From assembly GCF_037042905.1 (NCBI RefSeq), contig NC_087251.1:32242001-32306000 (forward strand): 64,000 nt of DNA. The letters run 5' to 3'. Source of the DNA: Lytechinus pictus (Eukaryota). The translations under genes were made by a program, and so were the position numbers. Within the stretch, counting starts at the first letter, position 1. Each line of letters opens with the position of its first letter. The notes beneath the pieces were generated by a model. The model saw only the letters and a program-made list of their open reading frames with translations, ran no database searches and had not been told where the DNA came from. Below, in pieces: positions 12,030 to 24,456 of this stretch.

Positions 12030-12225
12030 CGTTTGCATATCACTGAGTCATTAATGATTAAGATTCACTATTTTGTGTTTTTGTGAAAAATAAGTGAAAC
12101 TTTAAAATGTGATGATAACTTTCTTATTTCACATCTGATTTTGATGAAGTTTTAGCATTATGCTTGCTTATGTGAGTTTTCTCTATCAATGCAAATCAAC
12201 AATTTTCTGGGGTGGACTTGACCTC
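12030..12225. mobile_element. Right half of a Kolobok-like MITE (family of 54657-55072)
   Basis: Shares ataactttcttattt...gattttgatgaa...caaatcaac...ggggtggact with the 54657 element. Confidence 0.6.
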
Positions 12226-12714
12226 TAGACTTTGAAGAATAATCCTTTTCAGCAGCTCCAAAGCTACCCCGGGTTAAAAACAATCTGTGTATCAGTGCGA
12301 GGTGCCACAGTGAAGTGCACTGAAATAAACAGCAGACTCATCTGGCACTCTTTGTTCTAAATGACTCTATGTTACTGTTGAAGAATGTTGCTTGTTGGGG
12401 CATCTTGTCTGTGTTTGATCCGAAGTCAAATGAAACTTAGAACATGTAGGCGTAAACTCCTGTTCTTTTTTATTAAGATCCATCATCCACCACAAAATAG
12501 AGAAGACTTTAACAGACCTGCCAACCAGTACATTTTAGCCGTATTTAGTACGTGTTTTTTTTAAAACTAATTGACATCAGATTGATAAAGGACATTACTA
12601 AAGTGTGAGTCACCTCGGGTAGATTCCCCTTTTAATAACCTTGAGTTTAATTCTGTTTTGTTTTGTTTGTTTTTTTTCCTAAAGGAATCTTTCGAGTGTT
12701 ATGACAGAAGCAAG

Positions 12715-12812
12715 ATGCCATTTACCAATGCTTTCACGCTATGCACCAGATGTCAGCACAAACTTATACTTCAAAGTCTGCACCATGTTAGAGGAATAAC
12801 AACAGGAATAAG
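12715..12812 (+). CDS. DNAJC4: DNAJC4-like coding exon 1 (exon starts at 12685): MPFTNAFTLCTRCQHKLILQSLHHVRGITTGI
   Basis: Polypyrimidine tract + aag acceptor ending 12684, ATG at 12715, donor AG|gtttgt at 12812 (phase 2) in frame with the J-domain exon. No acidic residues, as in a mitochondrial presequence. Confidence 0.75.
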
Positions 12813-15800
12813 GTTTGTCATGGCTTGAAGCTTCATCTTTATATTAATATTAATCTTTGCTTGTTAAGACAGTGTACATTATTGTTTAAAGGGTTTTTTA
12901 AAGGTTATACTGTAAAGAAGAATTTTCATGTTAAAAGTATTAAAAGTAATTATATATTTCTCTACTAGGATAGTGCTTCTTAGGGACACTAGTCTCCCAC
13001 TAATAGGAATAAGTAAATCTGTACTATATGGTCATGTTGTCAGTCACATTGTTGCAATTTTTTTTCCATTACCTGTTATTTTCAGTATGTGGATTCCTAA
13101 ATTTGTCATGTTTGATGATCATTGATGTCAAGTCTATCCACGTTCTTACTTGTACTAATACATTTTTGTCAGTGATAAATTAATCAAGTTCTTTTCAAGT
13201 AATTATATCAGTGACAGATTTTTGTGTGAATGACAGTTGTAACATTTGTTCTAAAGTCTCAAAGGATTATTTATTTCTCTGTTCATTTACAGGCTTAGGA
13301 GCCAGACACAATCAAACCATTATGAGACTTTAGGTTTGCCAAAAGATGCAACCAGTTTAGAAATTAAAGCAGCATACTTTGAATTGTCTAAAATGGTAAG
13401 TGTGTATGCCTGTCATTGGAAGTTTCAGGTACATGTATACTCTTCCACCACCTTTTCTCTCTTTCTCTCCCTATTTTTTGTTCTACTTGTTCTCTCTTGC
13501 TCAACAGTTAATCTGTGCGACAAATATTTGAAAACAGTTGATATAAATATGTATTAACAGACTCTCCAAAATTAATAGCTTATCTGCATAATAAACAGTT
13601 TATTTACTAATTAAATTTATAGAAAATTCTCTAAATAGTAACAGTTAATGTGCAATCCATTACTTAAACCTACAATAATCATATGACGTCATGGAGCACA
13701 TATAAATCAAACATAAAACACGATTCTAATCCTCACTTCTATATGAATATGAACTGCTCATTAGCTGATTATTTTAGGGTGAAGGTATGATAGTTGAGTG
13801 CTTTCTTAGGGGATTCAACTGAAGTGTTTGTTCTTATTATGTTTTTTTGGAAGTCTCAGTAAATGCACACAACATAGAGCAAATGAAGTTAGATATCTAC
13901 AGTCACACACACCCACTGCTGCTGACATTTATATCTCTTAAGCCTGTCTCACACTATGCGATCTGGTGCGACGCAATTTTTCAAGAAATCGCATTTTGCA
14001 TTAAATATGAACGTTCCAAAAAGTAAAATTATTTTATTCAAAGTTTGTCATATTGTTAGGGAAACTTAAATCATATTTTTACTTTGTGGCAAGCCCTATG
14101 CAGAGCTGCCAAATAGTACGATTTTGTCGTATTCCGTACGATTTTTCACTTAAAATACGACACTAGGATTTTTACAAATAAAATACGATTTTTTGAAAAT
14201 ATAGCTATGGCAAGATCGACATTACAGAAATCCACCTCGGGCAATCATTATTGAAAAATGTTAAGTTTTGGTGGCCCGAATCGGGCAACCAATAATTTTC
14301 ACAGTAGCGCAATTTTTCTCCCGATTTTGCACGCATTTATCAACTTTTTACAGTTCAAATTGCAACCAATTTGTCATGCGCCCTTTTTGTTGATCTACAC
14401 ACAAATACACACACACATGACAGTACATAGGCTTACCGCTATAACATACAGTAGCTATTATCCAGCCGGGCGGCTGGCTGGCGTGCGTGAGCTTTGCATG
14501 AAACCACTGCAGCTACATGTAGCTATCTGTGCGCTATCAGCCTATTCAGACTCGGGGAGCTATGATACGAAATGTTGCTGCTAAGAAATCTTCCACAGAA
14601 CTTTGAAAATCTATGTCAAAGTCACATTTTACAACAATGAATTGCCCTTCTACAGTCCATATTACTCAAATCTGGTGTAAACTGACTATTTGCAAGCATT
14701 AAAAACAGGAATTATGACCTCTCTTTTGACTCAAAAAGACCGATTTCCAAATGTATTAATACACATAAAAACACATAGGTGAGTACATCACAGTCCCATA
14801 TGTGCATTTGTATGTATGTTGATACTTGGTTTCTTTCGAAGCTGTGTCTTTTCTAGCAAAAAATAAGCAGGCCGTTTTTTTCTTTTTTGTTTATAAATGA
14901 CTTCTTAAACCACTCTTCAGAAAGAAAATACTTTGGGAAGGCATTTCATTGATATGAAATGTGAATTTTTCAAATATTTTGGCAAACAAAGTAAAGGACT
15001 TCTCACACTTTTTTTCCAGATATAACTTTTGCCGTTTTCTTATTTTTTTTTTTTTTTTGACAGTGGTTAAACCATATAACCCTTCCCATTGAATATGCCT
15101 GATTAAAGAATATGTTTCTACTGAAAAAATAATACAAGCGAAATTAAGGTTATAAAAATTGAAATGCGCCATCCCCAAAAGGTGAGTGAAAATTATTTGC
15201 TCAATTGGCTTAAACTGTTGCTACGTACAGCTGTTAAAAATATTTGTAATGGCTTCTCATTTTTACCCCTTCCCCATTTTTTATTAATTTTGTTTTATTA
15301 ATTTTTTTTTTCATTTTCTTTTGTTTCTTTTTTTCTTTATTTTTTTTTCTTTTTTACTTCTTTTTCCTGTTCTGTTTTTCTTCATTTTCTTTCTTTTGTT
15401 TTATTTCACTTATTTTTAATTATTTTTGTTTTCTTTTTGTAATATTCTTTTAATTTTTTTTTGCTCGTTTCCCACTTTTATGCATTGTTCTAATTTTGCA
15501 GCATATTTTTCTGTGATTTTCTCCGCTATAATATGCTGCAAAAGAGAAAACAAAAATAAATGGGATTTGGAGCCTGTATAATCTAGGTTTTAGGATTCAA
15601 AGAGGAAGAAAGGAAAAATCATTGTTTTGTACATTTATATGAGTTAGCTTTGCACTATTTTTACTATTATGAGTGTGTGTCTATACAGAGATTTTTTTTA
15701 AAGTCCACACATCCTGGGAACAATACATTTCACTCTCTTTCAATCATTTCATATTTACAATGATAGAACAATTTATATTTTACCACAAATCAATTAGCAA

Positions 15801-18800
15801 AGTAAAATAACAGCAAACAAGATTTACATACAAGATGTACAAAATGAAAGTGACTTAGTGGTAGTGGCTGCAGAATTGATATTTCAGAAGTTTGTTGTAT
15901 TCATTTTTAATGTTTTTCTTTATATTTTTGGGGCCACCAAACTTTAATATCGGGCCATCAAAACAAATAATTTGAAGGTTTTGGTGGCCCGAACGGGCCA
16001 GCACTAAAAAAAGTTAATGTAGAACCTTGCTTGTCGGATGTAAAAATTACGGTGAGCACAACAAAATAATGAGATGTATAGTAGGAAAGTACATAACGGG
16101 TACGAATAGGATTTTTTGTCTAAAAATAGGATTTTTGGGGTGAAATATAGGATTTTTTGTCAAGTGTGGTTGGCAGCTCTGCCTATGGTCGGAGCAAAGT
16201 CCAAATCGTCTTCAAGTCACAGCCGATGATGACGTTATTACGATTTGGAGTTTAATTTGTTTTATTCCTCCAGGGAAGCTCGAATTAGACTGAATTTCGA
16301 TTTCAGTATAGTCCTACCACTATTCTGAACTTTGATCCGTGATATCTTATTAGTTGGAATATCCATATCAAATGTTTTCACAATTAATTTGAAATTTGGA
16401 TCGCAACGAATCGCATATTGTGAGGCGGCTTTAGATTGATGCCATCTTGAATTCTTTTCCTAATTGTTACCCATCCAGCTCCATCCCGATGCCAATCCCC
16501 AGAACCCTGATCAACACGATCGCTTTGTGCAGCTGAGTGAGGCGTATGGAATCCTAAGTAAAACAACCTCTAGGAGAGAGTATGATCTGAGTCTTACCAG
16601 GCCACATGTAAAGGAGATCAGAGTACACAATATGGATGTCTCACCGGACAACCCATTCGGTGGACACAGTGAAGCAGATTGGTAAGATAGTCAGTTTCTT
16701 TCAGGGTCCCAACTAACTTTGCTTTCTCACAAAGACTGAAACCCTGTCACCTGTTTGTATGATCCGCTATACATGCCAGCAAGCTAGATTAACGATACAT
16801 AGCATGCATCACAAGTTTTGGTTGAACCCCATTTCCTGTTAAGTTTTGATACAATATTTCCACAGTAAATTGTGAATAACAAAATTGACACTAATTGTCA
16901 CCATTCATAAATAAGTATTTGTGCGTATAAGTATGCACAAACGTCAATATTATTGACAATATTGGCAATATTGTCAATAATATCAATTGTAACAACCACT
17001 TTTTATATAGTGAGTCGCCCAATTTCAGACTTTAATTTAAGGGAATTTTTCACTTTGCAAAATGTGAGCCGCATGATGTTAATTGGTAAGAAAACATTTT
17101 TTCCCCTGTTCTTTAAAGTGTGCTGCTATTGTAGGCCTATTGATATTCATTTTGATTATAGTAATGTAAAAATGAACCCCAGATTAAATATTGAATTCAA
17201 AGCACCATCATGTTCTTCAAAAAGTGTGAGAATAATGGTGTGTAAGTATTATAGGAATTGTCCGATATTTATTTTCCCTGGGCATACAAAACAGTGTTAT
17301 GTTTTATGAATTGCACTATTCGGTCATAGTTTTTTTTAATGCATACATAACAAAATGTTATGTTGGCTGCGGCCTTGTTGTCGTCGTTGCTGGTCAAACT
17401 TGTCTCATGTGGGAAGAGGAAGTCTATGGGAACGGTTGATATTGGACGGTTGGATATCTATTTGAAACCCATCCCTGACAAGATTGATTGATGAAGGTAT
17501 GGTTTTGTACTTGAAAATAAAATAGAATTTCATTTTTTTTCTTTGATCAGGTTTCCAAGAACTCACATCTTCAGAGCAGGTGGTGATGAGAAGGTCAATG
17601 AGAACTACTATGGAATCAAAGGACTCAGGAGGGTTAGAAACTCATATGTAGTGTATGGATGTATAGCATTCATCTTTACTGGTGCTGTCTTCCATTTCTT
17701 TGTTTTCAAGTAAGTTCTGTTTGGTGTAAGGTCATCCGTGACCCAACCATTGCTCCTATGACAAGTGATTTTGTATAAAAGGAAACCAAACATTAAGGAT
17801 AGAATCAATCTGAGAACGATAAGATGAGATCATCAGCTTAAAAGAAGGTTTATCATAATCAGGAAATTTGTCCTGCAACGCTTTTGATCATTATTTTAAT
17901 TTTAATTTGCATGTAGACAACATGTTGCAAAAATTAGGTCAATTAGTTGGTTTTCTGGGAAGATTGCAGCGATCCTTAGGTGAATCGACTCTGAAATTAA
18001 TATGTAGTTGATTGTTGTTTACGATGCAGCCTTTAGGAAATACACAGACCGCCTAAAAAAACAACTACCAAACAGGGCAGGCCGTATTATACTCCAGATT
18101 AAACCCGAATCTCAAATATTTATTTTGGAAATGCATAATACACTTAATTGGCAATTGTTGGACAAAAGAAGAAATGACCACTCCCTTGTTCTCATGTATA
18201 AAATCATGAACAATCTCTCCCCATAATATTTAAGAAATTGATTTGAGTTAGTAACACATACCGGGTAGGCTACATATCCCTCCTGTTTTGGAACCAAATT
18301 TGAATAACCCAAACCAAGAACAAATTACATCGAAAGATCCTTCAAGTAGAAAAGCACCATGGCTTATAATTCATTAAATCATCCCCTAGTATTAATGTTT
18401 TCCAATCTAAGATTGTTGATCTGTAGAAAATGGACTCCGGAACCCCCCTCCTTCCATTCCCTGTTACTAGGTTTACACCCCTTCACTTTTGTTTTTGTTT
18501 TTCTGTTTGTTTTGTTTAATCCACCATATTTTATGCTTTTATTATAGAAATAAATCCTATTACTACTACTACTACTATTGGGATCCTTGAATTAACAAAT
18601 GTGCTTCAAAATGACTGATTTTGTGGACATCTCTATATTTGTTTTGCACACAAATTATCAGCCTTTCCTCATAATCTTCCAAATGCCATATTTCCACTGG
18701 AAAACAACATATGTCATAGGGAAGTATAATTCACACCATGTATATCAATGTCAGGAGGAGATATCAGAAATATGTAAAATAAAGGGGAAAATAATGTGTA

Positions 18801-21653
18801 CAAAACAGATGAGTTGACGCATGATTGTCAATTTGAGGATCCCTATATAAAGTGTTGCAAGACTTTTCAAACTTCCATAAGTCTCTTGTTTTATTACAGA
18901 TTTCAATGAAAATTGTTTTGTTGACTTTCTTAGAAACTCCCATTTTGCCCTTCCGATCAGAATGATTCTCTCCTTGGGTTTTGGTTTCCTTTAATTTGTC
19001 TGAAAACAGGTTTAGGATTTGAATTGGGGTTTAATTCAGAATGATTCTTAGACACCTTACTGGTAATAATGGAGATTTAAAAAAAAAAAAAAAAAGCTTC
19101 GAATGGATGCTGGTTCTTATAAGCGGTCATTCATTTTGCTTTCAAAACATACAAAGAAGGCTCTCCATCAAGGCACATTGCAAGGAGATGCAGGTTGAAA
19201 GTTAAGATTTAGGATAGCTACTTTGATTATCTCTCCTGCTGTTTGGGAATATTTATTATCAAAAGGAGTCCCACACTGAATTCCTGGGCAGTAATAATGT
19301 GAGTCCCTTAATCCCGGTAGTTGATTGATATATCACTGTCCGAAAGATGACGGTTTGTTTATTTTCTGTCTGTCCCGAGTCATAGATTCTTAGTGAGTCA
19401 TTTTACAAGGGTAGCACATCTTCCTCTCACTGCCTAGTTTCTATTCCTACTTTTTGCAGTTGGTTTTGTATGGTTGTATGGAGGTCGCTGCACAATTTAA
19501 AGAAATTTTAAAATTCCTCCCCGTTTCATTTTACCCTTGTTATTATGGTATTTCAATAGACCATTTTGTAGTTACTTCGTGGCCAATTTTGGTCAAATGA
19601 CCTTTCATTTCTTTCATTATGAAGGTAGATTTAATAGACCATGTGACTAGAATAGCACACCAATGAACACTCTATGGAGGTATTTGTTGCATTTCTACTT
19701 TGAATGCATTAGCTTGATGTTATAGCAATGTACTTGGCTAACTGTGATACCGGTCGCTAGTGGAAGTATTGTTGTTTTTGTGGATCTGATGAAAAACACA
19801 ATTAAAAAGAATATATTAATAATCAAGACATCAAAGTTGGTGCTTATCTCATTAAATATCAAACCACCATGTCACTTAAGTACCAATGACCTGCTTCTGA
19901 TCATGCGGAGAATGGAATTTCAAAATGGCTTATATGTTGGTAGTTTTTATTTTTTTCCCTAAATTCAGTATGTACAAGTAATGAGATTCAAAATAATACT
20001 TGCATGTTTTAATTTTTTTTTTTTTCATTTTCCCAGACAAAGTAGCCAGTATGCAACACAAAGACTAGATGCTAAGGATAGGAAAATTGCAGAACTGTAT
20101 AACGAAGCCAAAGAGAGAGCAAGGTAATAGTATAATTTTGTTTCTGATTTTGATATTTTTTGTTTTTAGCTCATCCGGCCCGAAGGGCCAGATGAGCTTA
20201 TGGCGTGGCGTCTGTCGTCTGTCGTCCGTCCACAATTTCAAAATGCTTCTTCTTCGCCATTTCAAGTCCGATTTCAATTCTGTTTGCTTTATATGATAGC
20301 ACTAGGTGGGGGATTCAAAACTTCTACACAGAATTTTGAAATTTTCAGTAGAAAATTATATATGCAAAATGTTTCATAAATCACAGAAAATGCCTTTTCT
20401 TCTGTATTTGTTGACCGATTTTGATTTTTTTTTCCATCTGGTAGAGCTGCATGAGGTTCACCAAACTTGTACACAAAATTTTGAAATTTTGTCTAGAAAA
20501 TTATTTATGCTAATTTATGCAAAGTTTATTCATAAATCACAAAAAATGTTTTTTCTTCATTTGTTGATCAATTTCAATTTTGTTTGCTTTATATGATAGC
20601 TCGAGGTGGAAATACAGAATTTCAACACAGAATTTTGAAACTCATTAAATATGCTAATTTATTCATATATTTTCAAACTCACAAAAAATACTTATTTATT
20701 TGTTGATTGATTTTGATTATTTTTGTTCCATCTGAGAGCTACATGAGGTTCACCAAGGTTCTACACAGAGTTTAGAAATTTTGACTAGAAAATTATTTAT
20801 GCTTAATTTATATGAAATTTATTCATAGATCACAAAAAATGCTTCTATGTCATTTCTTCATCAATTTCAATTCTATATCCTCAATTTATGTCACCTATGT
20901 AATTCACTACAGTGTCAACTGGGCTGAAATTAAAATTGTTAAATTTTGTTGCGAGATGCGGGATGAGCTCCACATCATTGATGTGCTAGCTAATGATTAG
21001 GATAATGGTAACCATGAAATAATGCTGATGTTGATGTTTCCCTTACCAGTGATGAACCATGAATGGACTTATGTTTCTTTTTTATGCTTTTCATTAAAAC
21101 CAACTTGCAATATGGTGAACTTCCTCCTTCAGAACCAAACACAAATTTACGAATTTTTAGCCAAAGGAATAAGATGATTATTTTTCATCAGTCCATTATT
21201 AAATGTTGCTACAGATATATACCAGGGATATGATTCAATCAAAATTCTGAATATTAATATTATTTCATTGAAGATTGCAGGGAGAAGATTGCACTGGTGA
21301 AAACCCCATAGAGAATTCGTACATGTGACACAGACCAAGGCCGAGGTCAAGGCGGGCAAAATGTGACCTCAAGGCCCGCCTTGATGCATCTCTGGAAGAT
21401 TGTAATCTTTTTTACAATATTTTTAAACAATATTTTTGGGATACTTATTATGGATAATAATATGACATTTTGATTATAGTTCGATGCATTCAGGGATGTG
21501 AATATATTCAAGGATGTAATTGTATTTTGCTATTAATCATTAATGTATTGCCTTTGCAGGAAAAATGGACCCAGGAAACAGATGGAGTTATTAAGAGAAA
21601 GACACAATGCAAACCAAATGAAGCTTGCCAAACAACTTGAAGGAGACACATGA
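12715..21653 (+). CDS. DNAJC4: DnaJ homolog subfamily C member 4-like, spliced gene: join(12715-12812,13293-13395,16479-16681,17551-17709,20037-20123,21560-21653), 744 nt, 247 aa
   Basis: Six exons with GT-AG boundaries and matching phases give one ORF. It has a basic N-terminal presequence-like segment, a J domain (NHYETLGL...EIKAAYFELSKMLHPD...FVQLSEAYGILS...RREYD), NYYGIKGLRRVRNS followed by one hydrophobic TM segment, and a basic helical tail (DAKDRKIAELYNEAKERARKNG). This matches the DNAJC4/DnaJ-60 architecture. Confidence 0.9.
13293..13395 (+). CDS. DNAJC4: DNAJC4-like coding exon 2: J-domain helices I-II
   Basis: tttacag| acceptor and |gtaagt donor; encodes LRSQTQSNHYETLGLPKDATSLEIKAAYFELSKM. 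Confidence 0.93.
14101..16181. mobile_element. hAT-like element with 6-bp TSD, middle layer
   Basis: TIR cagagctgccaa / ttggcagctctg; TSD CCTATG (14095-14100, 16182-16187). Confidence 0.85.
14211..16029. mobile_element. 1.8-kb non-autonomous P-type element, copy 1 (inner layer)
   Basis: Full-length inverted homolog of 31164-32973; termini caagatcgacatta / taatgtagaaccttg; TSD not preserved. Confidence 0.8.
16479..16681 (+). CDS. DNAJC4: DNAJC4-like coding exon 3: HPD motif and J-domain helices III-IV
   Basis: ccatccag| acceptor and |gtaaga donor; encodes LHPDANPQNPDQHDRFVQLSEAYGILSKTTSRREYDLSL... Confidence 0.93.
17551..17709 (+). CDS. DNAJC4: DNAJC4-like coding exon 4: NYYGIKG motif and transmembrane segment
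   Basis: tgatcag| acceptor and |gtaagt donor; encodes FPRTHIFRAGGDEKVNENYYGIKGLRRVRNSYVVYGCIAFIFTGAVFHFFVF. Confidence 0.9.
17905..18578 (+). mobile_element. Decayed 3' fragment of an L2-group LINE
   Basis: Translation HVDNMLQKL...NRAGRIIL...LNWQLLDKRR...MYKIMNNLSP...PKPRTNY..RSF with stops and frameshifts; ends in aataaa plus a (TAC)n tail. Confidence 0.75.
20037..20123 (+). CDS. DNAJC4: DNAJC4-like coding exon 5
   Basis: ttcccag| acceptor and |gtaata donor; encodes QSSQYATQRLDAKDRKIAELYNEAKERA; phase 2-2 is consistent. Confidence 0.88.
20163..20991 (+). mobile_element. Helentron-associated non-autonomous element (HINE / DINE-1-like)
   Basis: T-run then agctcatcc (5' subTIR), nearby inverted gatgagct, GTCT/GTCC microsatellite, internal ~150/300-bp tandem repeats, 3' ggatgagct and terminal hairpin cacatc-att-gatgtg. 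Confidence 0.75.
21560..21653 (+). CDS. DNAJC4: DNAJC4-like terminal coding exon
   Basis: ctttgcag| acceptor; encodes KNGPRKQMELLRERHNANQMKLAKQLEGDT then TGA. Confidence 0.85.
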
Positions 21654-21895
21654 TGCACATCACAAGATTGTAGTATGGGTTTTATTTTTGGTCATACTTA
21701 TTCATTTTAACTGTCAGGTACAGTTGCTTCTGTCATCTATCAAATCTGTCCTAACTTAATTTACCTGATTATGGTTAGGTAAATGGATTTTAATTATGAG
21801 CCATATTTTTTTTTAAATGAAGGTCTATTTCTCTACTTTGGTATTTAACAATTATGTTTTTAGACACCCATAAACGGTGTTTGGGTTTTATATTG

Positions 21896-23717
21896 TTTTT
21901 TGTTTGTTTGTTTTATTTTTATTTCTGCGTTCACAATACATTATCATAAATATTTACATTGTTTGTAATATACAAAATAATTCATAATGCATACAATATA
22001 AACATAATACATAATTTGAAGGAAAAAAAATTGTGTGGGCATATACTTCACATTTTGATAATAAAAAAGGAAACATTAACAAAATTTAATGAACGCAGGA
22101 GACCGCCATCGTGAGCGGTTAAGCTTGTAATTGATGGCGGCCTCATAAAAAGGGTTCGTGACTATGATTGGTATAATTACTGAACAAGTGGGTGCAATGC
22201 AGGTGCAGGTGCGGGTGCAGAAGATAGCTGTATAATTTATATTTTTTATTTAATTTATAGTGGTAAATGAGGATTAATTTGAAGGTTGGGATGAATAAGA
22301 TCTTATGATATTTCTTTTAACAGTTGATTTTAAAGAGTATAAAGTGGAACAAGATTTAATATTTTCTGCAAGATTATTCCAAATGTCTGGACCATGATAA
22401 CTATTGAACTTAAACATATCATCAAAAGACGAAGGGAGTAGGTTATTAATATACTTAAACATAATGATAGCTACTTGAAGAGTATACAAGTCGGCAAATT
22501 TTAGTGTTTTCTGTTTGAAAAATAATGGATCAGTGTGAGCCAAGTAATGAGATCCTGTACAAATGCGAATAACTCTCTTTTGTAATTTGAAAATAGAAGT
22601 CAGCTTTGTTGAGCCACAATTAGCCCAAACAACGTTACAATAAGTAATATACGGGAGTACTTAGGAATTGTACAATAGGAATAAAGTTTTAAGAGGCAAA
22701 ATAAATTTTAACTTAGAAATAATTCCAATGCTTCTCGAAATACGCATTGTAATATGGTGCAGATGCTCATTCCAAGATAAAGCTTCATCTATGATAACCC
22801 CTAAAAATTTAGAGTGAGTTTTCCGTTCTAATGACTTGCCGTCAATCTGTAGGTGAAATTGAGTGTTAGAAATATGAGAGTGATGTTTAAAATATATGTA
22901 GTGAGTTTTGTGTGTGTTCAAAGATAATTTGTTAGCTTTGAACCACTGTGATACTTTGTTTATTTCATGATTTAAAATATTGTATAACGAAGTAGGATTT
23001 GTATGAGAAAAAAAAATATTTGTGTCGTCAGCGAATAATACAAAAGATAAAATGGATGATGTATTAATAATGTCATTGATATATAGTAAAAATAATAGTG
23101 GGCCTAATATGGAGCCTTGAGGGACACCACAACGAACTAAAAGTGAGTCAGAGTCATAACCATTAAATGCGACGTATTGTTTTCGATTTCTTAAGTAATC
23201 TGTAAACCAAAGGAGGGATTGACCTCGTACGCCATAATAATTAAGTTTTGAGAGTAGAATGTCGTGATTAAGTGTATCAAATGCCTTACTAAGGTCACAA
23301 AATATGCCAATGACATGTTCTTTATTAGCAATGGCGTTTGTAATTTTATCATAGATTTGGATTAAAGCCAAGTTTGTTGAGTAATTTTTCCTAAAGCCAT
23401 ATTGATTAGAATTTAGCAGATTGTGTTTGCTGATGAATTTATAAAGTCTGTTATATACTATTTTTTCTAAGATTTTTGATATAGTTGGGAGAAGAGAAAT
23501 GGGGCGATAATTATTAATTTCATGAGGATTGTCTTTTTTGAAAATTGGATTGACTTTGGCGATTTTGAATAAGTCAGGAAAAACTCCTTGTGATAATGAT
23601 TCATTAAAAATGTTACTAAGAGGATTAGCAAGTGGGTAAATTATTTCTTTTAAAAGAGACATACTAATTCTATCATGTCCATGCGATTTTGAACTGTTAA
23701 GAGACCGTGTAATATTG
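21896..23717 (-). mobile_element. 5'-truncated L2-group (Crack-like) LINE: reverse transcriptase plus 3' UTR
   Basis: RT motifs NYRPISLL, QYGFR, DLSKAFD, GVPQGSILGP, FADD, KFLG. The frame continues through one TAA (22661-22663) to 22274. The 3' UTR ends in aataaa plus A/CAAA-rich tail; possible flanking duplication ATATTG. Confidence 0.92.
22274..23715 (-). pseudogene. LINE ORF2 RT/C-terminal remnant with one premature stop and an apparent internal deletion
   Basis: ORFs 22661-23737 and 22274-22543 are in one frame, linked by VLPYITYCNVVWANCGSTKL...QKRVIRI. Confidence 0.85.
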
Positions 23718-24214
23718 ATATAAAACGACCCCCTCAAATTTTACATTATTTTTAAGTGTTATTTGAAAGTATAGATCATGTTTAGTTCATTAATATTTAT
23801 CTATTGAGCCTAATATAAATGTTCTTTCAAAAGTGGAACATTTCCCATTTGACCTTCCCCTTTTAGCCACTTGGTTCATACTTATAACTTGCACATGTAA
23901 GAATACGGTATCTTATTTCTTCCTGTTACAATGCAAAATTCCTAGCTAATTGCTGTGCAATGTAAGTGTTATGAAAGCTGATATTTTTCATCTCTTTTTC
24001 CAGTATTTTTGTTATTTAAGGCTTTTTAAAAATATATCAGTAGAAGATTATATTGCCATGTTTTTTTTATATGTCGAGAATTAGATGTGGGGGTGGGGGA
24101 CTTCGGAGGACCAATAAGAGCCAAAGTGATCAGATATCATCCCCTTTTTTTTCTACAGAATACTTGCTTTACATTATAGGAATGTACACAAAGCTGTATT
24201 GTATTTCTAGAGGG

Positions 24215-24456
24215 CATGGCCGTATGCAGGGGGGGGGGGGGCAGCTGCTCCCCCAGAAATTTTGAAAACTTGAATTTTTTTACTAAAAATGTTCACAAAA
24301 ATCACATCAAGTTTGCACGAAATCTTTCTATTTCACTTTAAAAAATGCAAAAACGCCCAAATATCAAGCTCAATTGCTTGATCCCTTGCTTTCGAGTTTC
24401 TTTCAAAGTGTTTATGCGTCCTGCCCCCCTGCAAAAAATGTCTGCATATGGCCATG
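24215..24456. mobile_element. hAT-like MITE
   Basis: TIR catggccgtatgcag / ctgcatatggccatg; 8-bp TSD ctagaggg / ctagaggt. Confidence 0.8.

Larger units (their letters stand above)
13941..16430. mobile_element. PIF/Harbinger-like MITE, outer layer of a nest in a DNAJC4 intron
   Basis: Imperfect TIR agcctgtctcacactatgcgat / atcgcatattgtgaggcggct; TTA on both flanks (13938-13940, 16431-16433). Confidence 0.7.
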
